From NCBI GenBank assembly GCA_030765135.1, contig JAVCDC010000020.1, positions 10,916 to 74,915 of the forward strand: DNA of 64,000 nucleotides. Reading direction: 5' to 3'. A program made the position numbers and the translations under genes. Positions 1-9,729 of this stretch are shown piece after piece. The notes beneath the pieces were generated by a model, which saw only the letters and a list, made by a program, of their open reading frames with translations, was not told the origin of the DNA and did not search any database. Within the stretch, counting starts at the first letter, position 1. Each line of letters starts with the position of its first letter. The stretch comes from Candidatus Tritonobacter lacicola (lineage in GTDB: Bacteria > Auribacterota > Tritonobacteria > Tritonobacterales > Tritonobacteraceae).

Positions 1-428
1 GGACATTCAACAGGGTGACCGAGCTCAACAGGTTCAGCCGGAAGATCGTGCCGCCGGGCAAGACGGTGCTGTGCGCCGAGATCACATGCGACGTAGGCGA
101 CGAGCTATGGAACGCAACCCCCGCGAAGCTGGCGGAGCGTGTCGCCCGCGAACTGAAGGAGGAGGGCTTCATCAGGCCGGGCGAGGTGACCGGCCACCAC
201 GTCCTGAAAACGGCGGAAGGATACACCATTTACCTGCTGCACTACCGGGAGCATCTCGAGAAGATACAGGAGTATATCCGGTCCATACCCAACCTCTACG
301 TCAGCGGGAGGCAGGGAATGTTCAAGTACATACAGATGGACCACGGCATGGAGATGGGGTACCGGATCGCGGACCACATTATAAATGGACGGCCGAAGAA
401 TGAAGGAGGGGGAAAGAACTTTTTTTAA
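1..428 (+). CDS. C-terminal fragment of an FAD/NAD(P)-dependent oxidoreductase (amine-oxidase / phytoene-desaturase-like fold); reading frame is open to the window edge
   Basis: Frame is open from nt 1. C-terminal motifs such as YVSGRQGMFKY and GMEMGYRIADHII resemble the C-terminal FAD-binding segment of amine-oxidase-type flavoproteins. Stop at 426-428. Confidence 0.45.
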   Translation, partial: TFNRVTELNRFSRKIVPPGKTVLCAEITCDVGDELWNATPAKLAERVARELKEEGFIRPGEVTGHHVLKTAEGYTIYLLHYREHLEKIQEYIRSIPNLYVSGRQGMFKYIQMDHGMEMGYRIADHIINGRPKNEGGGKNFF

Positions 429-536
429 AATAAAAATCGAAAATTATTCGATACTAAGTACCGACAATAAAGTAAAACTACAATGGTAGTTCTTATGCTT
501 TTACATAAATATTCCAACTCTTAATTTTCGATTTTT

Positions 537-1274
537 ATGATGAACCCTATCGATTGTCACTTTCATATAGGCAGATGGAAGGAGGAGGAAGGGCTCTCCA
601 GCAGCCTCTCCGACCTCTCCTCCCTTATCGAGAGCGGCTGCCTGGGCGGCGCCGCCGTGATGACGACCGACAGGCTCGAAAACGAAGCGCTATTCGAGGA
701 GATCAAGGGCAGCGAGTTGGAGAACGTGCACTTCTTCTACTGGGCCGTTCCCGGCAGCCGCAAGGACATCGACTTTATCAAATCCAACGATGAAGTTAAG
801 GGCGTAAAGGTCCATCCCTCACTCGCGAAAAAGCCCCTGATCGACAAAGGTTACAGGGGAATCCTCGAGGCCGCCGAAGAGGCGGGACTGCCGGTATACG
901 TTCACTGCGGAAGGTGGAAAGAGATGTCCGATTACACCTTCGTCCTGAAGGCCGCCGGTATTCACAGGAACGCCTCCTTCATCGTCGGCCACTTCGGCGG
1001 CAAACACCCCTCGACATGGAAGGGGCTCATAGACGATATCGAGAAGGGGGGCCACGATAACGTCTATATCGATATTTCCGAGATGACCGAGTTCATGCTG
1101 GCGGGGAGGGCCGTCTCCAGGCTGGGCTCTGAGCGCCTCCTCATGGGAAGCGATTACCCCTTCTCGCACCCGGCGATGTACATCGCCCTCGTGAACGCCC
1201 TCGATATAAGCGATGAGGAAAAGGAGAACATCCTCTGGCGCAACATAACAAAGCTGCTGAAAACAAAAAATTAA
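537..1274 (+). CDS. Amidohydrolase-superfamily metal-dependent hydrolase (amidohydrolase_2-like TIM barrel)
   Basis: 245 aa. His/Asp metal-ligand pattern typical of the family (HFH near N-term, VHCG, GHFGG, DYPFSHP). Own AT-rich upstream spacer. Confidence 0.55.
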   Translation: MMNPIDCHFHIGRWKEEEGLSSSLSDLSSLIESGCLGGAAVMTTDRLENEALFEEIKGSELENVHFFYWAVPGSRKDIDFIKSNDEVKGVKVHPSLAKKPLIDKGYRGILEAAEEAGLPVYVHCGRWKEMSDYTFVLKAAGIHRNASFIVGHFGGKHPSTWKGLIDDIEKGGHDNVYIDISEMTEFMLAGRAVSRLGSERLLMGSDYPFSHPAMYIALVNALDISDEEKENILWRNITKLLKTKN

Positions 1275-1356
1275 CCGCGGATTATACAGATTAAACGGAT
1301 TATTTTTACTTCTTTTTCTTTAATCAGCATAATCCGCTAAATCCGCGGTTTATTTT
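1275..1356 (+). terminator. Long imperfect nested hairpin (ccgcggatt...aatccgcgg) followed by a T-rich run; probable intrinsic terminator; member of a dispersed hairpin family
   Basis: Outer arms ccgcggatt (1275-1283) and aatccgcgg (1340-1348); inner arms attaaacggattat and ataatccgctaaat; followed by tttatttt. A related element lies at 21051-21140 and a partial right arm at 32811-32838. Confidence 0.5.
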
Positions 1357-1386
1357 ATTAAACCTTGTTAATCAACGGAGAAAAAA

Positions 1387-2163
1387 ATGGATAAAACGGA
1401 GAGAATGGAGGAGTTTTACCGGGACCTCGCGTCAACGAAGAAATACGCTACCTCCCTCGACATACACCTCAGGGAGATAGAGATCGAGACCATATCCTCC
1501 TACCTCGAGGACGGGAAGAAGATCCTCGACATGGGATGCGGCAACGGTTACTCGACAATCCGGTACGCCCGGGATTTCGATTCCGACTTCACGGGTATGG
1601 ACTTCACAAATGAGATGGTCGAGTGCGCCCGGAAGATGGAGAGGGGAGAGCTGAAAGGACGTATCGAGTTCAAGCAGGGGGACATCTGCAATATCCCGTT
1701 CCCCGATGAGAGCTTCGACATCGTGACGACTTCCAGGGTAGTCATCGCCCTCCCCCATGAGGACTGGGAGGTCCAGAAGAAGGCCATAAGGGAGATGCAC
1801 CGGGTCCTCAGGAAGGGTGGTGAATACCTTATGATAGAGTCGAGCGAGCAGGGGCTCCAGAGGCTGAACGACATACGGGAGATGTTCGGACTCTACAGGA
1901 TACCGACAAACCCGAAGTGGAGCGACCTCAAGTTCGACGAGGAGAAACTCGTCCCATACCTGGAGGACCTTTTCGACATAATCGAGGTGAAAAGGTTCGG
2001 GATGTACTACTTCATCGGCAGGGTCATTCATCCCCTCCTCGTGGCCCCGGAGGAGCCCAAGTACGACAACCCTATCAACAGGGTCGCCTGCGAGATAGCC
2101 CGGAAGATACCGAACTTCAGGGACATCGGCGCCCTGGTCTTTTACCGCCTGAAAAAGAAATAA
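1387..2163 (+). CDS. Class I SAM-dependent methyltransferase
   Basis: ILDMGCGNGYST glycine-rich SAM-binding motif I, followed by an acidic motif II (FTGMDF) and motif III region. 258 aa. Confidence 0.8.
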   Translation: MDKTERMEEFYRDLASTKKYATSLDIHLREIEIETISSYLEDGKKILDMGCGNGYSTIRYARDFDSDFTGMDFTNEMVECARKMERGELKGRIEFKQGDICNIPFPDESFDIVTTSRVVIALPHEDWEVQKKAIREMHRVLRKGGEYLMIESSEQGLQRLNDIREMFGLYRIPTNPKWSDLKFDEEKLVPYLEDLFDIIEVKRFGMYYFIGRVIHPLLVAPEEPKYDNPINRVACEIARKIPNFRDIGALVFYRLKKK

Positions 2164-2340
2164 GAGGGTTTCGAATTCAACATCGCAGACGCGAACGGGG
2201 CTAACCTCTGCGAAAAGGACTGACCGGCCAGCCTGCGGGAGATCAACCCGGACGTCGCCATGGTCACCTCCGGGTCGATGAAATACCGGGAGCAGGTTTT
2301 GGGAATTGACCAAGACAATATTTTATGATACATTTTAGCC

Positions 2341-2934
2341 GTGAAAAACAATTCGAAACATAACATCAAATACCAGCGGCCCCTGACAACGGGGGAGGTA
2401 GGGCGATACTGCAGCGTCTCATACAACACCGTATCGAAATGGGTAAAGAACGGTAAACTGAAAGCCTACCGGACGCCCGGCGGGCATTACAGGATCCGGA
2501 AGGGCGACCTCATCTCCTTCCTCAAGAAACACGACATCATCGTTCCCGACGCTCTCCTTATCGAGAAGAAACGCGTCCTCATAGTAGATGACGAGCCGGA
2601 GATGGTTCAAATCATCGAAGATACGCTCAGGGAAGGAGAAGAGGAGTTCGACATAGCAAGCGCCTACAACGGATACGGCGCGTGCCTCAAAATAGGCAAC
2701 TTTCGCCCCGACCTCGTGATCCTGGACATAAAGATGCCGGATATCGACGGGTTCGAGGTATGCAGGAGGATCAAGATCAGCGATGAGACAAAGAAAATGA
2801 AGGTCCTCGTGATTACCGCCTACCCCGAGAGCAGCTACATACGGAGAATAAGGGAGGCTGGGGCGGACAGCCTCATGACGAAACCTTTCGACCTGCAGGG
2901 GCTCAGGGAAAGAGTCCTTTCGCTCCTGACCTAA
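2341..2934 (+). CDS. Excisionase/MerR-family helix-turn-helix domain fused to a CheY-like receiver domain (atypical response regulator)
   Basis: GTG start. N-terminal TTGEVGRYCSVSYNTVSKWVKNGKLKAYRTPGGHYRI matches the excisionase-family DNA-binding domain. The C-terminal segment VLIVDDEPEM...LVILDIKMPDIDG...TAYPE...MTKPFD is a receiver domain with the conserved Asp pocket. Confidence 0.7.
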   Translation: MKNNSKHNIKYQRPLTTGEVGRYCSVSYNTVSKWVKNGKLKAYRTPGGHYRIRKGDLISFLKKHDIIVPDALLIEKKRVLIVDDEPEMVQIIEDTLREGEEEFDIASAYNGYGACLKIGNFRPDLVILDIKMPDIDGFEVCRRIKISDETKKMKVLVITAYPESSYIRRIREAGADSLMTKPFDLQGLRERVLSLLT

Positions 2935-3068
2935 AAGGAACATTGAACACTGCAAAGCTGTCTTCACTTTCGACTTTTCGGATAAACCACAGAGCCGGTC
3001 CCGGTGCTAACCATATACAAATCAGGAAATTCCGTGTTCACAGTTGCGCGATCCGGGCCCGCTAAAAA

Positions 3069-5378
3069 ATGGCGGTGAATAAAAAATTGAAGATCCTGGT
3101 TGCTGATGGAAACCGGGCTGAAAGAAAAGCGCTTTCAGGGACCCTCTCATCGCTCGGACACCACGCGGAGACCGCCTCCGGCAACAGGGTTGCCGTCGAC
3201 AAACTCCGGAACGGCCGCTTCGACATCGCGTTCATCGACAGGGACCTGCCGGAGCAAGGGGGCATCGAGCTTCTCGAAGACATCCTCTCTCTCCGGCTGG
3301 ATACAATCCCCGTCATCACCGCGGCCCGACTGACCGCCAGCGACTCAATCCAGGCGGCCTACAGGGGGGCCTGCGACTGCGTCGCAAAACCACTGGGACC
3401 CGCGGAGGTGGAGACAGTCATCCGCAGGGTCCTCGAGAGGCAAAGGCCGGAAAAACTGCTCAGGGGGTCTCTGGATGAAATCATCAAGACCGGGAGATTC
3501 TACCACGACATCCTCGAGAACGTACGCTCCGGCATCTGGGTGACGGACAGGGATGACAAGGTCATCTACTTTAACAGGCAGATGGAAAAGATATCCGGAG
3601 TCGGAAGAGAGAGCGTCCTGGGGAAGAACTTCTTCGAAAGGTTCTCGTACACACTGCAGAGGGAACCCGAACTCGCACAGCACTACGAGAGGGCAAAGAG
3701 CTCCCTGGATATAATCTCCTATGACAGCATACGCATAAAGCATGACGGGGCGCGCGAGAGCATTCAGTCGGGCGTAATGTACCCGCTCGCAAGCGGCGGG
3801 AGCGAGTTCGGCGGCATGGTCGTCACCGTCGAGGACATCACGGAGCGCAAGAAAGCCGAGGAGGAGCTGGCGCTCAGCAGGCAATGGTACCAAACGATAT
3901 TCGACACGGCAAACGACGCCATCTTCATCCACGATGCCAGGTCTGGAAAGATCCTCGACAGCAACGAGAAGATGTGCGAGATGTACGGCTATACGAAAGA
4001 CGAGACGCGGAAGCTCACAATCGGCCAGCTGAGCAAGGGGATATATCCCTTCACGCAGGAGAAAGCCCAGGAATGGGTAAAGAAGGCATTCTCGGGCTAT
4101 CCTCAAATCTTCGAATGGGTGGCGCGCCACAAAGAAGGGCGGCTATTTCCCGTCGAGGTCAACCTCAAGCGGGCCCTTATCGGCGGGGAGGAGAGGATCC
4201 TGGCGATCATCCGGGACATAACGGCGCGGAAGAAGCTCGAGAAGGAGCTGATCCACGCCGAGAAGATGGCGGGCATCGGAAAGCTCGCCGCCGGCATCGC
4301 CCACGAGTTCAACAATTTCCTGGCAATGATAAGCGGCTACGCCCAGCTCGCCAAGGCGGGAACACTGGAGGACAAGGACCGCGCGATAGACGTCGCGGAA
4401 AAGGTATCGGAGCGCGCCAAGGTCATCGTGAAAAACCTGATATCCTTCGCCCGGGAGGATAAGCCGGAGAAGAAACCCACGGACATCGTCGAGGTAATTG
4501 AGGAGGCGCTGGGACCCCTCTCTACCCAGATCAAGAGGCAGGGAATAACCGTAAAGCGCCGCTACTCGCCGGCGCCCTTGATTCTCTGTGACCCCGGCCA
4601 GATCAGGCAGGTGCTGTTCAACATAATCCTGAACGCTACCCAGGCCATGGCTGCCGAGGGCGGCGAGCTGTCCATCGACCTCCGCGCGGAGGACACGGAG
4701 GTAGTTATAAAGGTCGCGGACACGGGGCAGGGCATACCGGAGGAGATCCTGGAAATAATCTTCGATCCGTTTATCACGACCAAGGGAACTATCGCCGGGG
4801 GAGATGTATCCGGAACGGGGCTGGGTCTCTCAGTCAGCTATGGGCTGATCAAGGAACACGGGGGAGACATCGAAGCGGAGAACAACGCCGGCGGAGGCGC
4901 CATCTTCACGATACGCCTTCCGGCGCTCACGGAGGCCCCGCCCGCGGAAGCTGCAGCCGCACCCCAGGACAGGAAACCCGGGATTAGCCATGCTCAAGCG
5001 AGGGCGAGGATCATGGTCATCGACGACGAGGAGGTCATCCTGGCCCTCATCACCGACATCCTGAAAAAACAGGGCAAGCGCGTGACGGCAATCCAGGACC
5101 CACGGCTGGCCCTCTCCATTCTGAAGCGCGAGAGCTACGATATCATCTTTCTCGACCTCGTGATGCCGGGCCACCCGGGAGGTCTCGGCCTTTTCAGGAA
5201 GATAAAAAAGGCCGCCCCGAACGCGAGGATAGTCCTGCTCACGGGTAAAGAGATAGACGAAGAAATCAAGGCGGCCCTGAAAGAGGGAGCCTGCGACCTC
5301 ATCAGCAAGCCTTTCCCGGTAGAAGAGATCAAGAGAATCGTCGAAGACGCGCTTGAAAACGGCCGACAGAAAAGATGA
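3069..5378 (+). CDS. Hybrid sensor histidine kinase: REC - PAS/PAC x2 - HisKA - HATPase_c - REC
   Basis: N-terminal receiver (ILVADGN...FIDRDLPEQGG). PAS/PAC segments. H-box HEFNNFLAMISGYAQL. G-boxes DTGQGIPEE and GTGLGLS. C-terminal receiver (IMVIDDE...IIFLDLVMPG...SKPF). Confidence 0.85.
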   Translation: MAVNKKLKILVADGNRAERKALSGTLSSLGHHAETASGNRVAVDKLRNGRFDIAFIDRDLPEQGGIELLEDILSLRLDTIPVITAARLTASDSIQAAYRGACDCVAKPLGPAEVETVIRRVLERQRPEKLLRGSLDEIIKTGRFYHDILENVRSGIWVTDRDDKVIYFNRQMEKISGVGRESVLGKNFFERFSYTLQREPELAQHYERAKSSLDIISYDSIRIKHDGARESIQSGVMYPLASGGSEFGGMVVTVEDITERKKAEEELALSRQWYQTIFDTANDAIFIHDARSGKILDSNEKMCEMYGYTKDETRKLTIGQLSKGIYPFTQEKAQEWVKKAFSGYPQIFEWVARHKEGRLFPVEVNLKRALIGGEERILAIIRDITARKKLEKELIHAEKMAGIGKLAAGIAHEFNNFLAMISGYAQLAKAGTLEDKDRAIDVAEKVSERAKVIVKNLISFAREDKPEKKPTDIVEVIEEALGPLSTQIKRQGITVKRRYSPAPLILCDPGQIRQVLFNIILNATQAMAAEGGELSIDLRAEDTEVVIKVADTGQGIPEEILEIIFDPFITTKGTIAGGDVSGTGLGLSVSYGLIKEHGGDIEAENNAGGGAIFTIRLPALTEAPPAEAAAAPQDRKPGISHAQARARIMVIDDEEVILALITDILKKQGKRVTAIQDPRLALSILKRESYDIIFLDLVMPGHPGGLGLFRKIKKAAPNARIVLLTGKEIDEEIKAALKEGACDLISKPFPVEEIKRIVEDALENGRQKR

Positions 5379-8300
5379 CCCGCATGGACAACAACTCTAA
5401 GAAGCCACGCCCGGCGGGCAACCGCCCTTCCCCCCGGGGCGCCGCTAACGAAATCATGAACGGAAGGGGCGCCGTTCTTCACGGCATCGACATCATCAAC
5501 CCGCAGTACAGGATCGAGTACGCCAGCAGGCCAATGCTGAGGAGATACGGCGGCCTCGAGGGAAAAACCTGTTACGAGGTCTACATGAACAGGAAAAAGC
5601 CCTGCGAGAACTGCCCCGCAACAGAAGCCATAAAGACAATGAAGCCCGCGGAGATCGAGTTCGAGGGGCGGGACGGCAGGCACTATATAATCTCCGCCGC
5701 GCCGGTTAAGAACAAGGACGGGTCCGTCTCCGCCATCGAGACCATCCTCGACGTGACCGAGCGCGTCCGCCGGGAGAAAGAGCAGGAGCGATCCAAGAGC
5801 GCCCTTCAAGCCTCCGAGAAAAAATTCAAGAGCCTGATCGAAGCAAGCAGCGACTGGGTATGGGAAGTGGACCGGAACGGCATCTACACCTACGCCAGCC
5901 CGAAAGTCAAGGATTTGCTGGGGTACGAACCGGAGGAAGTCGTCGGCAGGACGCCTTTCGATCTGATGCCGACGGACGAGGCGGAGCGCATAGGCGAAAA
6001 ATTCCGGGACATCATGGCCGCCCTGAAGCCCTTTAATAGGCTAGAGAACGTGAACCTGCACAAGGACGGGCGACGCGTGGTTCTCGAGACGAGCGGCGTG
6101 CCGATACTGGACGCCGGCGGAAACCTCCTGGGATACCGGGGGATCGACCGCGATATCAGCGAGCGGAAGAAGGCCGAGGAGAAGATCGAACAGCTCTCCT
6201 TCATCGTCGAGAGTGTAAGCGAAGCCGTCATCATGACCAACACGGACAGGGATATAGTGTACGCGAACAGGGCGGCCGAGAGGATGCTCGGCTACACGGC
6301 CGAAGAGATGCTCGGCAGTAAGGCGTCCGTCTTCTTCGAAGGCGTCCCCGGCAACCCGCCCAACCTGGCCGACGACGTAGCCAGGCAGGCGAGTTTGCAG
6401 CCCTGGGAAGGCGAGATCTTCGAGAGGAGGAAGGACGGGACGGTATTCCCCATCCAACTCCGGATGGACGTTGTCAGGGACAAGATGGACAGGGTCGTCG
6501 GCTATGTGGGAGTCTCTCAGGACATCACCGAGCGAAGGAGGGCGGAAGATGAACTGAGGAAATTCAAGACAATCTCCGACAGGGCAAACTACGGCACGGC
6601 TATAACCGACCTGGAGGGCAACATCAACTATACCAACGAGGCTTTCGCGCTGATGCACGGCTATGCCCCTCGCGAGCTCATTAATAAAAATCTGGCTGAT
6701 CTGCACACCCCTGAGCAGATCAGTGACGTTAACAGGCTAAACAAGCTCCTCCTGAAAGAAGGCAGTTTTGCCGCCAGGGAGGTCTGGCACAAGAGAAAAG
6801 ACGATACAGTTTTTCCCACCCTGATGAACGCGGCAATCATACGGAATGAAGACGGCCTCCCCCTGTTCATGGCCGCAACGGCGGTCGATATTACCGAGCT
6901 CAAGCGGGCGGAAGAGGCGTCGAGGGAGAGCGAGGCCAGGTACAAAACCCTTTATGAATCTTCCAGGGACGCGATCATGATGCTGACTCCCGAAGAGGGT
7001 TTCTTCAGCGGCAACCCCGCCACCTTAAAGATGTTCGCATGTAAGGACGAGGAGGAATTCACCACCCAGACGCCTGCAGACCTCTCCCCGGAATATCAGC
7101 CGGACGGAAGCCTCTCTACGGTAAAAGCCCAACAGATGATGGCCGTGGCCATGGAGAATGGCTCCAATTTTTTCGAATGGACCCACAGGCGGCTGAACGG
7201 CGAAAATTTCTTCGCCACGGTCCTGTTGACAAGGGTGGAATTAAAGGGCAGGTCGTTCCTGCAGGCCACAGTCCGCGACATCACCGAACGAAAGCGGGTG
7301 GAAGAGGCACTGCGTACAAGCGAGGAACGCCTTCGCGTCATCATCGACACCGTTCCGGGCGTCGTTTACACAGCCCTCCCGGACGAACAAAGCACGACGA
7401 CTTTCATCTCCGCCAACATCGAGGAGATGATCGGCTACTCCCCCAAAGAGATGCTGGATGATCCAGCCCTCTGGAGCAGGCTCATCCACCCCGGGGACAG
7501 GGAGCGCTGCTGGGAGAAGATCATTGAGCATCGAATAATGAAATCGCCGCGGGAGATTGAATATCGCATGACGCACAAGGACGGCCGCGTCGTCCACGTC
7601 CTGGACCGGGCGACTCCCATCCTGGACGACGACGGAAATATCTTGATAATAGAAGGGATCATGGTGGACATATCCGAGCGAAAGAAGCTCCAGGAGAGGG
7701 TCGTCCAGGCCGACAAGCTCTCCGCAATCGGCGAGATGGTCGCGGGCGTCGCCCACGAGCTCAACAACCCCCTGGGAATCATATCGGGGCATATCCAGCT
7801 TCTCCTCGCCAGGGTAAAAGACCGGCCCACCCGCTCCAGGCTTAAAAAAATGGCTGCCCACGTCCAGCGCGGCACGACGATCATACAGAGCCTCCTCTCT
7901 TTCTCCAGGAAAGGCGAGCTCAAGCTTGTTGCCGGAAACATCAACGAGACGCTCGAGAAAGCGCTCGACAATGTCAGGAGCGAGTTTCCCGCCGGAAGGA
8001 TAGAAGTGATGAAGAACCTGGCAGAGGGGCTTCCTCCCATGAAGCTCGACCACCACCAGATGGAGATCGTCTTCACAAACATCATTAAAAACGCGTTTCA
8101 GACCCTTATCGAGGCGGAATCAAAGAAAGAGCTGCACCTCGAGAGCTTCATCAGCAACGGCACGGTCACAATCAGGATAAGAGACAACGGCCCCGGCGCG
8201 GCCCCATCTGTCCTCGCAAACCTCTTCGACCCGTTTTTCACGACGAAGAAGGTCGGCGAGGGGTCCGGCCTCGGCCTCTCCATTGCATACGGCATCGTGA

Positions 8301-8395
8301 AAAAGCACGGAGGTACAATCCATGCTGCCAGCGCCAAGGACGGCGGCCTGGAGATAATCGTGGAACTTCCCGTAAACACAGCGGGAAGAAATTAA
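5375..8395 (+). CDS. Multi-PAS sensor histidine kinase (about 5 PAS/PAC repeats, HisKA, HATPase_c) with an N-terminal Cys-containing PAS-like domain
   Basis: Overlaps the upstream stop by 4 nt (ATGA), suggesting translational coupling. Repeated PAS/PAC signatures (DITERKRAEE-type linkers). H-box HELNNPLGIISGH. G-boxes DNGPGA and GSGLGLS. Cys66, Cys77 and Cys80 (CYEVYMNRKKPCENC) sit in the first PAS-like domain. Confidence 0.85.
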   Translation: MTRMDNNSKKPRPAGNRPSPRGAANEIMNGRGAVLHGIDIINPQYRIEYASRPMLRRYGGLEGKTCYEVYMNRKKPCENCPATEAIKTMKPAEIEFEGRDGRHYIISAAPVKNKDGSVSAIETILDVTERVRREKEQERSKSALQASEKKFKSLIEASSDWVWEVDRNGIYTYASPKVKDLLGYEPEEVVGRTPFDLMPTDEAERIGEKFRDIMAALKPFNRLENVNLHKDGRRVVLETSGVPILDAGGNLLGYRGIDRDISERKKAEEKIEQLSFIVESVSEAVIMTNTDRDIVYANRAAERMLGYTAEEMLGSKASVFFEGVPGNPPNLADDVARQASLQPWEGEIFERRKDGTVFPIQLRMDVVRDKMDRVVGYVGVSQDITERRRAEDELRKFKTISDRANYGTAITDLEGNINYTNEAFALMHGYAPRELINKNLADLHTPEQISDVNRLNKLLLKEGSFAAREVWHKRKDDTVFPTLMNAAIIRNEDGLPLFMAATAVDITELKRAEEASRESEARYKTLYESSRDAIMMLTPEEGFFSGNPATLKMFACKDEEEFTTQTPADLSPEYQPDGSLSTVKAQQMMAVAMENGSNFFEWTHRRLNGENFFATVLLTRVELKGRSFLQATVRDITERKRVEEALRTSEERLRVIIDTVPGVVYTALPDEQSTTTFISANIEEMIGYSPKEMLDDPALWSRLIHPGDRERCWEKIIEHRIMKSPREIEYRMTHKDGRVVHVLDRATPILDDDGNILIIEGIMVDISERKKLQERVVQADKLSAIGEMVAGVAHELNNPLGIISGHIQLLLARVKDRPTRSRLKKMAAHVQRGTTIIQSLLSFSRKGELKLVAGNINETLEKALDNVRSEFPAGRIEVMKNLAEGLPPMKLDHHQMEIVFTNIIKNAFQTLIEAESKKELHLESFISNGTVTIRIRDNGPGAAPSVLANLFDPFFTTKKVGEGSGLGLSIAYGIVKKHGGTIHAASAKDGGLEIIVELPVNTAGRN

Positions 8396-8496
8396 AGAAA
8401 AGGGATATATGAAGCAGGTGACGTGCCTTTGCGCGGATAGCAAGTCCATGGTACTATTCCGGGTAATTCTATAAGAACAAAAGAGGGAGGGACAAA

Positions 8497-9399
8497 ATGG
8501 CCGCGAAAAGAATTCTTATAGTGGACGATGAGCCGGACGTCCTCAACGTCCTTTCACGAAACTTCACCGGCGAGGGCTACGAGGTCTCTACCGCCTCCAA
8601 CGGTCACGAGGCCATGATCAAAGCCATCGAGAGACAGCCCAATATCGTCCTCCTCGACTACATCATGCCCCTCATGGACGGCCTCGATGTCCTCGGGGAA
8701 CTGAAAAAGGAGATGCCCGAGGTGGTCGTCATCGTCATCACTGGCAGGGGATCGGAGAACGTCGCCGTGGAGGCGATGAAGACAGGGGCCAAGGATTACA
8801 TCCGGAAGCCGTTCGATATGGACAGGCTAACGGAGATGGTGGACACTTATATCGAGGAATATTACGACACGATCGTCAGGAGAAACCACGAATATGCTTA
8901 CCCCCTCGGCGACGAGGTCGTACACCGCTATGAATTTCTCCGCACCATCTACTCCTCGCCCAACCCCGATATCACGAAGCTCTCGGTGAAGTTCGGGTAT
9001 AACAGGAACTCTTTCTACAAGTTCGACCGGGAGATGAGAAAGTACGGCGTCCGGGGCATCTTCGACAAGACAAAGAAGGAGCTCGAAGAGGAACTGGGAA
9101 CGGGAGAGGAGTTCTACCCCAAGAGGGAGATACCGAGGCCGGATGCGGAGGACTCACCGGGCGAGAGGTATCCCTTCAGCCAATTCGTCAATCCCGCCGA
9201 CAAGGTCCAGATAAAGCTCGAGATGCTGAGAGAGGCCGCCACGAGCACAAAACCCCACATCGGGGAGATTACACAAAAATACGGTTTCAGCAGGCAGCTC
9301 TTCTACACGCTCCACGACAGGTTCTCCGGGTACGGCGCGCTGGGCATACTGAACAGGAAGAAGAGAAAGGGCAAAAAACGGAAAAATGGAAATATATAA
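8497..9399 (+). CDS. Response-regulator receiver-domain protein with a C-terminal region carrying two repeated HTH-like about 26-aa motifs
   Basis: Receiver domain: ILIVDDEPDVLNVL...LLDYIMPLMDG...KPFD. C-terminal repeats: ITKLSVKFGYNRNSFYKFDREMRKYG and IGEITQKYGFSRQLFYTLHDRFSGYG. Confidence 0.65.
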   Translation: MAAKRILIVDDEPDVLNVLSRNFTGEGYEVSTASNGHEAMIKAIERQPNIVLLDYIMPLMDGLDVLGELKKEMPEVVVIVITGRGSENVAVEAMKTGAKDYIRKPFDMDRLTEMVDTYIEEYYDTIVRRNHEYAYPLGDEVVHRYEFLRTIYSSPNPDITKLSVKFGYNRNSFYKFDREMRKYGVRGIFDKTKKELEEELGTGEEFYPKREIPRPDAEDSPGERYPFSQFVNPADKVQIKLEMLREAATSTKPHIGEITQKYGFSRQLFYTLHDRFSGYGALGILNRKKRKGKKRKNGNI

Positions 9400-9464
9400 A
9401 CATAAAAATATGGAATTATATTTCCATATCACCTTGCTTTCATATTTCCACTCTTAACAACCGC

Positions 9465-9493
9465 TTGACCTCCCCGTGCTCTTGCACTATATT
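9465..9493 (+). promoter_or_regulatory. Sigma-70-like promoter for the tRNA pair (TTGACC - 17 nt - TATATT)
   Basis: TTGACC at 9465-9470 and TATATT at 9488-9493 with a 17-nt spacer, about 30 nt upstream of tRNA-Phe. Confidence 0.4.
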
Positions 9494-9524
9494 TCGGTAA
9501 CATCCGGAGAATTTCGGGAAAAAC

Positions 9525-9600
9525 GCCGCGGTAGCTCAGCCGGTAGAGCAGGGGACTGAAAATCCCTGTGTCGGCGGTTCAATTCCGTCCCGCGGCACCA
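9525..9600 (+). tRNA. tRNA-Phe (anticodon GAA), 76 nt with encoded CCA
   Basis: Cloverleaf by hand: acceptor gccgcgg/ccgcggc; D-arm gctcagccggtagagc; anticodon stem gggga/tccct with loop ctGAAaa; T-arm ggcggttcaattccgtc; 3-prime end cacca. Confidence 0.9.
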
Positions 9601-9610
9601 GTTTTCCCGG

Positions 9611-9686
9611 GCCCACGTAGCTCAACCGGTAGAGCAGCTCATTCGTAATGAGCAGGTTATCAGTTCGACTCTGATCGTGGGCTCCA
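9611..9686 (+). tRNA. tRNA-Thr (anticodon CGT), 76 nt with encoded CCA
   Basis: Acceptor gcccacg/cgtgggc; D-arm gctcaaccggtagagc; anticodon stem gctca/tgagc with loop ttCGTaa; T-arm atcagttcgactctgat; discriminator t followed by cca. Confidence 0.85.
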
Positions 9687-9689
9687 CAC

Positions 9690-9729
9690 ATAGAAATGTG
9701 ATTGCCTGGAAAGGCAATCACATTTCTAT
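9690..9729. terminator. Perfect 17-bp AT-rich hairpin between tRNA-Thr and the convergent rpoN stop; probable bidirectional terminator
   Basis: atagaaatgtgattgcc (9690-9706), loop tggaaa, ggcaatcacatttctat (9713-9729). The rpoN stop codon abuts at 9729-9731. Confidence 0.45.

Noticed and set aside
1432-2313. Long antisense ORFs such as 1432-2313(-), 3345-4130(-), 6041-6706(-), 7241-8056(-), 18985-20226(-), 21458-22534(-), 33909-34895(-), 44427-45272(-)
   Set aside because: They lie opposite well-supported genes with clear domain signatures. Their products are Arg/Pro/Gly-rich low-complexity strings typical of stop-codon-poor antisense frames in GC-rich DNA.
9536-9721. 61-aa minus-strand ORF
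   Set aside because: Entirely overlaps the two tRNA genes and the downstream hairpin.
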